Positions 47,641 to 56,183 of a stretch of DNA of 64,000 nt are shown in pieces (the first letter of the stretch is position 1; every line of letters begins with the position of its first letter). A program made the position numbers and the translations under genes. The notes beneath the pieces are model-generated. The model was given only the letters and a program-made list of their open reading frames with translations. It had not been told where the DNA came from and made no database searches. The stretch spans positions 4,393 through 68,392 of the forward strand of contig JBDIAW010000006.1 of the NCBI GenBank assembly GCA_039812585.1, written 5' to 3'. Source of the DNA: Actinomycetota bacterium. GTDB lineage: Bacteria > Actinomycetota > Actinomycetes > JBDIAW01.

Positions 47641-48535
47641 CCTGTTGGTTTCCTCCCTGATGGGTCCGCCACCATTGCTGCACCTGATGGCGCAGATGCT
47701 CCGCCTCACCCCACGCGCTGGTGTCAGACTTGGCAGCAGGAAGCGCCCCGGCAGCGGTGAACACGTCAACGGCTTGGCGTAGCGCCGTTGCTGTACTCAT
47801 CATGGCCACCGGTGCCGGAACTCGCATCTGTTTTTGCACTGCCACGCTGGCTCCCACCAACCCACCCAGGCCTGCCAAACCCACCGTGGCCCACGACAGG
47901 GCCCAACTGTCGCGCAGTGCGTGCGTAGTGGTCAGGAGCACACCAGCCCGAGTCAGACCCAAAGCCCGGGCCAGTGCCACCACCATCTGCTCGATGCGGC
48001 GATCCCCCTGCTGGATGAGCGCCATCAGCGCCCCCACACCCGCTCCGTCGCAGAAGCGGCGCCGGATCTGGCGCGGTGGAGCTTGCGGCACGAGGAAGGC
48101 ATCCACCAGGCCGGGATCAAACGCAGGCTGGCCCACAGCTGGCGGCAACGTGGCCACCACCACCGCCTCGCGCAACAGCTGGGGATCGACCGTGGCCAGC
48201 AGGTGCGGCTGATGCGCCCCGGTGGTCAGCACGAGGCTCTCCCAGCCCGGCGATGGGGACCCAGCCAGGCTCGCCACGCTGGGCAGCCCCTCCTCATCGG
48301 CCCACGCCTGCGCCTGGTCGCGCCCCGGCTCACCGGCCGGCAGCACCACCTGCACCTGCACACCGCTATCGCGCAGGCACAGTGCCAGCGGGATAGCCTC
48401 ACCCCCGCGCCCACACACGCTGACCAGTGTGCGTGCCAGCACCCCCAGATCGGCGTCACGATCATCCAAGCGCTTCACGTGGTGTTTGAGCTGGGTTGCC
48501 ACTGTGCCTGCCCTTTCCTGCCTGGTGGGTCTCAC
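47633..48535 (-). CDS. Hypothetical protein (300 aa) occupying the position held by dapF in mycobacterial hflX-dapF-miaA synteny, but lacking DapF motifs
   Basis: The long ORF overlaps the hflX start by 8 nt. There is no NPSGN/CGNG-type epimerase signature and no clear GxGxxG motif. Confidence 0.4.
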   Translation of the reverse strand: MRPTRQERAGTVATQLKHHVKRLDDRDADLGVLARTLVSVCGRGGEAIPLALCLRDSGVQVQVVLPAGEPGRDQAQAWADEEGLPSVASLAGSPSPGWESLVLTTGAHQPHLLATVDPQLLREAVVVATLPPAVGQPAFDPGLVDAFLVPQAPPRQIRRRFCDGAGVGALMALIQQGDRRIEQMVVALARALGLTRAGVLLTTTHALRDSWALSWATVGLAGLGGLVGASVAVQKQMRVPAPVAMMSTATALRQAVDVFTAAGALPAAKSDTSAWGEAEHLRHQVQQWWRTHQGGNQQDE

Positions 48536-48584
48536 TAGGCTAGGGGGTCACATCCCCGGAGCACGAATCGACAAGGAGAGCATC

Positions 48585-49652
48585 ATGGTCGTGGTCATGA
48601 GCAGTGACTCCACGCCTGAACACCTGCAAGCCATCATCGACCGGGTAGAAGATGCTGGAGGTAAGGCCTACATCACCCGGGGGGTGGAGCGCACCATCCT
48701 GGGCCTGGTGGGTGATCTGGACCTGTTCAGCTCTCTGAACCTGGAGGGGATGCCCGGGGTCAGCGAGGTGGTGCGTATCAGCGTGCCCTACAAACTGGTC
48801 TCGCGGGAGCACCACCACGGACGCTCCACGGTGATGGTGGGCGTTGGAGCCACCGCCGTGCCCATCGGGCCAGACACGGTGACTGTGGTGGCCGGCCCCT
48901 GCGCGGTGGAAACCCACGATCAGACCTTGGCCGCAGCGTGGATGGCGCGGGCGTGCGGAGCCAGCATCTTGCGCGGAGGGGCCTACAAACCCCGCACCTC
49001 CCCCTACGGCTTCCAGGGTTTAGGCGAGCAGGGTTTGGAGATCCTGGCCGAGGTGGGCCGCACCACAGGGCTCCCCACCGTCACCGAGGTGGTGGATCCC
49101 CGCGACGCCGCCCTGGTGGCCAGCTACGCCGACATGCTGCAGGTTGGCACCCGCAACGCCCAGAACTTCGCCCTCCTGCAGGCCGTGGGGGAGGTGGGCA
49201 AGCCGGTGCTGCTCAAGCGCGGGATGACCTCCACCATCGACGAGTGGCTTATGGCCGCTGAATACATCGCCCAGCGCGGTAACTCCTCGATTGTGCTGTG
49301 CGAGCGTGGGATTCGCACCTACGAAACAGCCACCCGTAACACCCTCGACGTCAGCGCGGTGCCCATGGTGCAGTCGTTGTCACACCTGCCGGTGGTGATC
49401 GACCCCTCCCATGCAGGTGGGAAACGTGGGTTGGTGATCCCGTTGAGTAAGGCCGCCATTGCAGTAGGAGCCGATGGGATTCTCGTCGATGTGCATCCTG
49501 ACCCTGAGCGCGCCCTCTGCGATGGCCCCCAAGCCCTCACCAGGTCTGACATTGACCAACTGGCCATGGCGTGCCGCGACTTTGCCGCGTGCGCCGGGCG
49601 TCACCTGGTACCTGCGCCTGCCACCGCTGAGGCTGTGACCACCCGCGTATGA
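48585..49652 (+). CDS. 3-deoxy-7-phosphoheptulonate (DAHP) synthase, type I-beta, with an N-terminal ferredoxin-like regulatory domain
   Basis: It has GPCAVE and KPRTSPYGFQGLG (the classic I-beta/KDO8PS-like motif) and DPSHA. An AAGGAGAG RBS lies before the ATG at 48585. Confidence 0.75.
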   Translation: MVVVMSSDSTPEHLQAIIDRVEDAGGKAYITRGVERTILGLVGDLDLFSSLNLEGMPGVSEVVRISVPYKLVSREHHHGRSTVMVGVGATAVPIGPDTVTVVAGPCAVETHDQTLAAAWMARACGASILRGGAYKPRTSPYGFQGLGEQGLEILAEVGRTTGLPTVTEVVDPRDAALVASYADMLQVGTRNAQNFALLQAVGEVGKPVLLKRGMTSTIDEWLMAAEYIAQRGNSSIVLCERGIRTYETATRNTLDVSAVPMVQSLSHLPVVIDPSHAGGKRGLVIPLSKAAIAVGADGILVDVHPDPERALCDGPQALTRSDIDQLAMACRDFAACAGRHLVPAPATAEAVTTRV

Positions 49653-50647
49653 ACCCTCCTACAGCTGCTCAGGTTCCGGTCCCGGTGGCGTTTTTAGGAC
49701 CGGAGGGCACCTTTGCCTCCCTGGCGGTGCGCCGAGTGCACCTAGTGCCCCACGTGGATCCCATACCGCTGCCAGGCGTGGTGGAGGTGATCGACGCGGT
49801 GGAGTCAGGCCAGTACGCCTACGGCTTGGTGCCACTGGACAACAGCGTGGAAGGAGTGGTCACCCCCACCTTGGACCGCCTGGTGTTCCACACCCGGCAC
49901 GTGCTGGGCGTGGAGGAGGTGGTGGTACCGGTGACTTTCACCGCCTTCGCCGCCCCCGCCCACCGGCAACACCCCGGCCCGTGGACGGTCACCAGCCACC
50001 CCCATGCCCTGGCCCAATGTCAACGTTTCGTCGCGGCGCAGGGCGCGCCAGCCCTGCCTGCCTCCTCTACGGCAGCGGCGTGCGCTGCGGTGGCTGCCGC
50101 TGACTCCGCTGCGGGTTCCAATGAAGGGCCCAACCAGCCCCCCCTGCTGGCCCTGGCCGCTCCAGAGGCGGGAGCCTGCCACCACCTGGTGCCCGTAGCC
50201 TCCCAGGTGGAGGACCACCCCGGCGCTGCCACTCGGTTCCTGCTGCTGGCTCGTGGAGTAGCCCCCGCCGATGGCCAGCCGTGCAACACCCTGCTGGTGG
50301 TCACTCCCCCCGATGACCACGTTGGAGTGCTGATGGAGCTCCTCACCGTCGTAGCCCATCACGAGTTGAACCTGGCCTCGTTGGTGGTGCGGCCCCTGAA
50401 GCGCCACCTCGATCGGTTCACCTTCGTGCTCACCGTGCAAGGCCACATCGCCCAGCCGGCGCTACGCGCCTGCGTGCTCCAGTTGCTGGCCGATGGCCAC
50501 GCGGTGAAGTTACTGGGCAGCTACCGCCTCGACCCTTCCGACGTGGTCACCCCGCAGGCTCCCTTGCCGGCGGGGTCTCTACGCGCCGGCGACCCGGGCG
50601 TGGAGTCCGCGCTGCTGCACCCCCCGGTGGTGGGCGCAGAGGTCTAG
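49649..50647 (+). CDS. pheA: Prephenate dehydratase (PDT + ACT domains)
   Basis: The PDT N-terminus is AFLGPEGTFASLA, TRF is present, and there is a C-terminal ACT-like region. It overlaps the DAHP synthase stop by 4 nt (operon). Confidence 0.7.
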   Translation: MNPPTAAQVPVPVAFLGPEGTFASLAVRRVHLVPHVDPIPLPGVVEVIDAVESGQYAYGLVPLDNSVEGVVTPTLDRLVFHTRHVLGVEEVVVPVTFTAFAAPAHRQHPGPWTVTSHPHALAQCQRFVAAQGAPALPASSTAAACAAVAAADSAAGSNEGPNQPPLLALAAPEAGACHHLVPVASQVEDHPGAATRFLLLARGVAPADGQPCNTLLVVTPPDDHVGVLMELLTVVAHHELNLASLVVRPLKRHLDRFTFVLTVQGHIAQPALRACVLQLLADGHAVKLLGSYRLDPSDVVTPQAPLPAGSLRAGDPGVESALLHPPVVGAEV

Positions 50648-50715
50648 CCGGGCTAGAGGCGCATCGCAGAGGGGCACGCCGCCTCAGGCAAACCCAGTGC
50701 AGCGCTGCGGACCCA

Positions 50716-51714
50716 TCATCGGGGGTTGTCGCAGTGGCCCGGGTCATACCCCCTGATTGACCCGGGCCACTGCGACAACCCCTCGGTTGGGGCGAGGGCG
50801 GCCAGGATCTGCGCGGGGGTAACGGTGGTGGGGTTCACCCAATGGATGCGGGGGTCGCGGCGAAACCACGACTCCTGGCGACGGGCGAAACGGCGAGTGA
50901 GCTGGGCGGTCTCTGCCTGCGCCTGCTCGCCGGTCAGCTCACCGTCGAGTTGGCGGATCGCAGAGGCATAACCCAAGGCTTTACTGGCGGTGCGACCCTG
51001 ACGCAACCCCAGGCTGAGCAGGTGGTTGACCTCCTCAAGCATGCCTTGGCGCCACATCAACTCGACGCGAAGGTTGATGCGCTCATCCAGCTGTGGGCGG
51101 GGCAAGGTCAGGCCGATTTGCACCGTGGGCTGGACATACGAGGGCGGCGGCAGATGAGCCAGAAAAGGCCGGCCGGTGAGCTCAATCACCTCCAAGGCGC
51201 GCACGATGCGGCGACCGTTAGCTGGGTCGATGGCCTGGGCCGCCTGCGGGTCACGCCGGGCCAGCAGCTCATGGAGTGCGTGGGAGCCTTCGGCGGCCAA
51301 GCGCTGCTCCCAGGCTTGGCGTATCTGCGGGTCGGTGCCGGGGAACTCCACCCGGTCCAGCACCGCCTTGAGGTAGAGACCCGAACCTCCTACCACCACC
51401 ACCGGCACACCTTGGCAGCTCAGCTGTGCGATCACCTGGCGAGCACGCTGCTGATAGTCGGCGACCACAGCCGTGTGGGTCACCGGCCACACGTCCAACA
51501 GGTGGTGGGGGATGCCTTGGCGCTGGGCAACGCTGAGTTTCGCGGTGCCAATGTCCATGCCTTGGTAGAGCTGCATCGAGTCGGCATTGACGATCTGCGC
51601 CCCTAAGCGCCGCGCCAACTCCAGCGCCAACTCTGACTTACCCACCGCCGTAGGACCCACCACAGCAACCAGCGGCATTGTGGCGTTGGTCGGTGGCGGC
51701 GTGGAGGCAGGCAT
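50716..51714 (-). CDS. miaA: tRNA dimethylallyltransferase
   Basis: The P-loop is VVGPTAVGKSELALELA. The 3' end (C-terminal GYDPGHCDNPR) is translated from the palindromic element, so the true stop is uncertain. Confidence 0.8.
   Translation of the reverse strand: MPASTPPPTNATMPLVAVVGPTAVGKSELALELARRLGAQIVNADSMQLYQGMDIGTAKLSVAQRQGIPHHLLDVWPVTHTAVVADYQQRARQVIAQLSCQGVPVVVVGGSGLYLKAVLDRVEFPGTDPQIRQAWEQRLAAEGSHALHELLARRDPQAAQAIDPANGRRIVRALEVIELTGRPFLAHLPPPSYVQPTVQIGLTLPRPQLDERINLRVELMWRQGMLEEVNHLLSLGLRQGRTASKALGYASAIRQLDGELTGEQAQAETAQLTRRFARRQESWFRRDPRIHWVNPTTVTPAQILAALAPTEGLSQWPGSIRGYDPGHCDNPR
50721..50782. repeat. GC-rich palindromic element, copy 2 (GGGGGTTGTCGCAgTGgcCCGGGTcA ... TgACCCGGGccAcTGCGACAACCCC), between the convergent pheA and miaA ends
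   Basis: It has the same core as copy 1 at 36029..36092. It lies inside the last codons of the annotated miaA ORF. Confidence 0.5.
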
Positions 51715-51717
51715 GGG

Positions 51718-53259
51718 TTAGGCGCGGGGAGTGTGAGGCAGGGGCAGGCCCAGGCTCACGAGAGTCGGCGCGGAGGTCGGGCTGTTAGCTGACAGGGCGG
51801 CCAGGGCTTCTTGCTGGGCTTGCCAAGCATCCCCAGCTCGAGTGCGCCGGAGGGTCTGGATCGGGCTGTCTGCGGTCAGGTAGTGGGGCGAGCCGTAGGT
51901 GATGGTGGTGGTCATGACATCACCAGGTCGGGGAGTCTGAGCGGGATCGTCGGGAGCTAGGAAGTGCACCAGTCGGTTATCCCGCGCCCGGCCCGACAAG
52001 CGTTGAGACTGTTCGTCCTTGCGTCCCTCCCCTTGCGCGACCAACACCTCCACCACCTGGCCTTCCAGACGGCGATTCTCCTGCCAGGCAATCTCATTTT
52101 GCAGCTGGACCAGGCGCTCATACCGTTGCTGGACCACAGTTTTTGGCACCTGGTTCGGCATGGTTGCCGCCGGAGTTCCGGGGCGCTTGCTGTACTGGAA
52201 AGTGAACGCTGCTGCGAATCTGGCCTGACGCACCACCTCAAGGGTCTGCTCGAAGTCAGCGTCTGTCTCCCCCGGAAAGCCCACAATGATGTCGGTGGTA
52301 ATGGCCGCCTGGGGGATCTGCTCCCGCACCTTGTCCAGGATGTCCAAGAAGCGGCTGCTGCGGTAGCTGCGACGCATCGCCTGCAGTACAGCATCCGAGC
52401 CGGACTGCAGCGGCATGTGCAGATTGGGCATGACGTTGGGTGTTTCGGCCATCGCCTCAATGACATCATCGGTGAACGCCGCTGGGTGTGGGCTGGTGAA
52501 ACGGACCCGTTCCAGGCCCTCGATCTGGCCGCAGGCACGCAAGATGGAGCTAAATGCCTGCCGCTGGCCAAACTGCACCCCATAGGTGTTGACGTTTTGC
52601 CCCAGCAGAGTGACCTCGATCACCCCCTCATCGGCTAGGGCCTGCACCTCGGCCAGGATGTCTTCGGGGCGGCGGTCACGCTGGCGACCCCGCAGGGTGG
52701 GCACGATGCAGAACGTGCAGGTGTTGTTGCATCCCACTGACAGGGACACCCAGCCGGAGTAGGTGGACTCACGCCGCGCCGGAAGCACCGAGGGAAACGT
52801 TTCCAGCGCTTCCAGGATCTCCATGGCAGCGGTGTGGTTGTGGCGGGCGCGTTCGAGGAGGGCAGGCAGCACTGCGATGTTGTGGGTGCCAAACACCACA
52901 TCCACCCAGGGCGCCCGGCGTTGGATGATGCTGCGATCCTTCTGGGCCAGACAGCCGCCCACAGCAATCTGCATCCCTGGACGATTCGCTTTCACCGGAG
53001 CCAAATGGCCGAGATTGCCGTACAACCGGTTATCGGCGTTTTCGCGCACCGCACAGGTGTTGAACACCACCACGTCGGGGTAGGGTGCGCCATCCAGCTG
53101 CGCAGCAGCAGCGGAGCCGTCGAGGGAAAGCTCAACCTCGGGATACACATCGCCGAAGCGCACATAGCCGGCCTGCTCCAAAGCTCCGGCCATACGTTCA
53201 GAGTCGTGCACGTTCATCTGACATCCGTAGGTACGAATCTCGTAGGTGCGGGTGGTCAT
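51718..53259 (-). CDS. miaB: tRNA-i6A37 methylthiotransferase MiaB (radical SAM)
   Basis: The N-terminal MTTase cluster is YGCQMN and the radical-SAM motif is [11 protein letters not shown]. There is a TRAM domain at the C-terminus. Confidence 0.85.
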   Translation of the reverse strand: MTTRTYEIRTYGCQMNVHDSERMAGALEQAGYVRFGDVYPEVELSLDGSAAAAQLDGAPYPDVVVFNTCAVRENADNRLYGNLGHLAPVKANRPGMQIAVGGCLAQKDRSIIQRRAPWVDVVFGTHNIAVLPALLERARHNHTAAMEILEALETFPSVLPARRESTYSGWVSLSVGCNNTCTFCIVPTLRGRQRDRRPEDILAEVQALADEGVIEVTLLGQNVNTYGVQFGQRQAFSSILRACGQIEGLERVRFTSPHPAAFTDDVIEAMAETPNVMPNLHMPLQSGSDAVLQAMRRSYRSSRFLDILDKVREQIPQAAITTDIIVGFPGETDADFEQTLEVVRQARFAAAFTFQYSKRPGTPAATMPNQVPKTVVQQRYERLVQLQNEIAWQENRRLEGQVVEVLVAQGEGRKDEQSQRLSGRARDNRLVHFLAPDDPAQTPRPGDVMTTTITYGSPHYLTADSPIQTLRRTRAGDAWQAQQEALAALSANSPTSAPTLVSLGLPLPHTPRA

Positions 53260-53298
53260 CCTTCGATGGTACGGGCCCAGCCCGAGCAGCGGGTTGGT

Positions 53299-54009
53299 TC
53301 AGTCGTAGACATCGTGAGCCTCTCGTGCTTCGCCCGCTTCACCCAGCACCTCGTTGACTGCCTGCAGACTGTCAGCCAGACCGTAGCCTTTACGTTGAAG
53401 GTGAGCGACCAAACGCCGGATTTGTACCTCACGCGGTTTGGTGGCGCAGCTGGGCAGCCGTCGACGGACCAGTTGACGAGCAGCCTCCAACTCATCAACT
53501 GCATCGCACTGATGTAACGCAGCTTCAGCTGTGGCCGCATCGACCCCCTGATCGGCCAGCTCCCTGGCCAGCACGGGCCGCGCCAAACCCTTACTGGCCA
53601 TCCGGGAGCTCACCCAGGTATGGGCAAACCGAGCGTCATCGATTAGACCCACCTGCGTGAAGCGATCGAGCAGACCCCTGCTGACCTGCTCGCTCACACC
53701 ACGCTGGCTCAGTAACTGCTCCAGTTGCAGCCGGGTGCGTGGAGTCCCTGTCAACGCACGCAGCACTAACGCCCGGGCGGCTTGCTCCTGCTGTTCAGCA
53801 GACTTGCTGGCCATCAACGCTGCCCGTTGCCCTGCAGTGAGGCGCACTGGACGTTTGCCGTTGCCTGCCTCCCCCTCCTGCCCCGCCGACTGGTAGGTAG
53901 CTGGCTGGGCAGCAGAGGAAGCGGGGGCAGTAGGGGCAGGTTCTCGCCTCTGTTGGTGCACCTCCAACTGCACCAACTGCTGGCGTAGCTGCGCCAGCGT
54001 GATGCTCAC
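53299..54009 (-). CDS. recX: RecA regulator RecX, with a Q/A-rich N-terminal extension
   Basis: It lies immediately downstream of recA and overlaps it by 4 nt. The repeated helical RecX motifs are present ([19 protein letters not shown]...[10 protein letters not shown]). Confidence 0.65.
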   Translation of the reverse strand: MSITLAQLRQQLVQLEVHQQRREPAPTAPASSAAQPATYQSAGQEGEAGNGKRPVRLTAGQRAALMASKSAEQQEQAARALVLRALTGTPRTRLQLEQLLSQRGVSEQVSRGLLDRFTQVGLIDDARFAHTWVSSRMASKGLARPVLARELADQGVDAATAEAALHQCDAVDELEAARQLVRRRLPSCATKPREVQIRRLVAHLQRKGYGLADSLQAVNEVLGEAGEAREAHDVYD

Positions 54010-55082
54010 CCCTCCCCCTTCGCTGCGGAGGCAGCACTAGCGTCAGGCGCTACCTCCGAGGTGGAGGACAAGCCGTCGGAGTCCATGCGAGCCACCAAAC
54101 CGAGCACCTCGCGCAGACGTTTGTCGATCTCGTTGGCCAAATCGGGGTTATCACGCAGGAAGTTACGTGCGTTTTCTTTGCCCTGCCCCAGCTGATCGCC
54201 CTCGTAGGTGTACCACGCACCGGCTTTACGCACCAGACCACGCTCTACCCCCATATCGATCAAGCCGCCCTCACGGGAAATGCCCTGACTGAAAATGATG
54301 TCGAACTCGGCCTGCTTAAACGGTGCGGCCATCTTGTTTTTGACCACCTTGACGCGCGTACGGTTACCCACGGCATCAGTGCCGTCTTTGAGGGTTTCAA
54401 TGCGGCGCACATCCAGACGCACTGAGGAGTAAAACTTCAGCGCCCGCCCCCCGCTGGTGGTCTCTGGGGAGCCAAACATCACCCCTACCTTCTCGCGGAG
54501 CTGGTTGATGAAGATGGCAGTGGTTTTCGAGGAGTTGAGAGCTCCGGTGAGTTTGCGCAACGCCTGGCTCATCAGCCGGGCTTGCAGACCCACATGGCTA
54601 TCACCCATCTCTCCTTCAATCTCTGCGCGGGGCACCAAGGCAGCGACCGAGTCGACCACAATGATGTCTAGTGCGCCGGATCGGATCAACATGTCGGCGA
54701 TCTCTAACGCCTGCTCACCGGTGTCGGGCTGTGAGACCAACAACGCGTCAGTATCCACTCCCAGGTGGCGGGCGTACTCGGGATCGAGGGCATGTTCAGC
54801 GTCAATGAACGCAGCCACCCCTCCCGCACTTTGGGCATTGGCCACTGCGTGCAGGGCGACGGTGGTCTTACCGCTGGACTCCGGGCCGTAAATCTCCACG
54901 ACACGACCGCGCGGCAAGCCCCCGATGCCCAAAGCCAAATCCAGGGCAATGGAGCCGGTGGGAATCACTTCCACGGGCACGTGGCCTTCTTCTCCCAGGC
55001 GCATCACCGAACCCTTGCCGAAGGAGCGTTCAATCTGAGCCAGAGCAGTCTCAAGGGCTTTGTCACGATCAAGGGCTGGCAT
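54006..55082 (-). CDS. recA: Recombinase RecA
   Basis: It has [28 protein letters not shown], the Walker [13 protein letters not shown] and [23 protein letters not shown] chose the start at MPALD, and a perfect SOS box lies about 130 bp upstream. Confidence 0.9.
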   Translation of the reverse strand: MPALDRDKALETALAQIERSFGKGSVMRLGEEGHVPVEVIPTGSIALDLALGIGGLPRGRVVEIYGPESSGKTTVALHAVANAQSAGGVAAFIDAEHALDPEYARHLGVDTDALLVSQPDTGEQALEIADMLIRSGALDIIVVDSVAALVPRAEIEGEMGDSHVGLQARLMSQALRKLTGALNSSKTTAIFINQLREKVGVMFGSPETTSGGRALKFYSSVRLDVRRIETLKDGTDAVGNRTRVKVVKNKMAAPFKQAEFDIIFSQGISREGGLIDMGVERGLVRKAGAWYTYEGDQLGQGKENARNFLRDNPDLANEIDKRLREVLGLVARMDSDGLSSTSEVAPDASAASAAKGEG

Positions 55083-55211
55083 GGTTTCTCTCCTTGGGGA
55101 AACTGTCATCAGTAGGGACGCCGTAGACGCTAGCCTCAGCCAGCGACAAAAAACTGAGCCTCGCTTCATGTGGGCAGAACCCACCGGTGAAGCGAACACT
55201 GAGGACACTAC

Positions 55212-55227
55212 TCGAACACCTGTTCGA
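55212..55227. promoter_or_regulatory. LexA operator (perfect Cheo-type SOS box) in the recA promoter
   Basis: TCGAACACCTGTTCGA is a perfect TCGAAC-N4-GTTCGA palindrome upstream of the recA start. Confidence 0.7.
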
Positions 55228-55900
55228 CCTGCAACCCCGACACGCCGCACAACAACAGGCCCCGTCGAGAGAAGGGACGACGGGGCCTGTTGAGGTGAGG
55301 TAAAGCGTTTAAGCGCATCGCAGAGGGATTACCAGCCAAGAATCCCCCGTCAGCTCAGGTATGGGGAGTCGGAGCGACCCAGTGACCTGCGCGCTTAACG
55401 CGGCGTGAAAAGCGGTTCGATAGTGACCTCCTTGTCGCGCCGCAGGGACCCCTCAGCGGGTCAGTGCAGCGGATGTCCAGCGCACTGTCGGGTCGGACCA
55501 GCCATGGCTCCCGGCGCGGTACGCGATGATTTCCTGGTGCCTTGCGTATTGCCCCCTGTTCCTTTCTTTGTCAGGTCCCCTCGGGTAAGAACCCAAGGCG
55601 ACGAATCATCACGACAGGCATTTACAGGTAGGTATCCAAAGATCCCGGGTGACCGGTCGCGGCCAACTGCTGGACCGGGGCGGGCATAGCCTGCAACAGT
55701 CCACTCATTTGGATTCTCGCCGTGTCCATGACCTTGCGCATCATGGCTAATTGGATCAATCCAGGTGATGCATCGACAGGAGAAATTGCGCTCATGGGCA
55801 TCATCTCGCCCGCTCTGAGCCCCTGCTTGATCCCCTGGAGGCAGCGTTCACCTGGTTGCCGGCTCCGGTTAGACCATTGTGGGGTTGCGCACCGCCGGCG

Positions 55901-56095
55901 TTAGCGCAAATGGGCGGGCAGGTGGGCCTGCTCCCACACCACGCGCCAGACCTGTAGCACGGGCTCCCCCTGTTGTAGTGCCTGCTCCACCGTGCGATCG
56001 CCCAGCTTGGTGAGCACTTGGTCGCGGGCGAAGGTGCGCGCCGCCGATTGGCCAAACGCCTCGTCCATCCGTTGCCAAAACTGGGTCAATCTCAT
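55901..56095 (-). CDS. Small DUF3046-like protein (recA-neighbourhood conserved small protein)
   Basis: MRLTQFWQRMDEAFGQSAARTFARDQVLTKLGDRTVEQALQQGEPVLQVWRVVWEQAHLPAHLR resembles the Rv2738c/DUF3046 pattern found next to recA in Actinobacteria. Confidence 0.5.
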   Translation of the reverse strand: MRLTQFWQRMDEAFGQSAARTFARDQVLTKLGDRTVEQALQQGEPVLQVWRVVWEQAHLPAHLR

Positions 56096-56183
56096 AGGAG
56101 TTCATGCTGGTCGCTGCCTGCAAATGCAGCCTGCCCGTCAACGACCACGCAAACTGTCACCCCTGAAGGGCAGACTGGAGGAC

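Noticed and set aside
47633-48535. Calling this gene dapF on the basis of synteny alone
   Set aside because: Synteny suggests dapF. The translated sequence lacks the epimerase cysteine and NPSGN-type motifs I would expect, so I left it as hypothetical.
56100-56183. A possible RecA-NDp / PafBC-type damage promoter motif (TGTCAC...) upstream of lhr
   Set aside because: Only a partial match (TGTCAcccc) is present and the downstream TAnnnT element is not convincingly there. I kept it as a hypothesis to test rather than as a feature.
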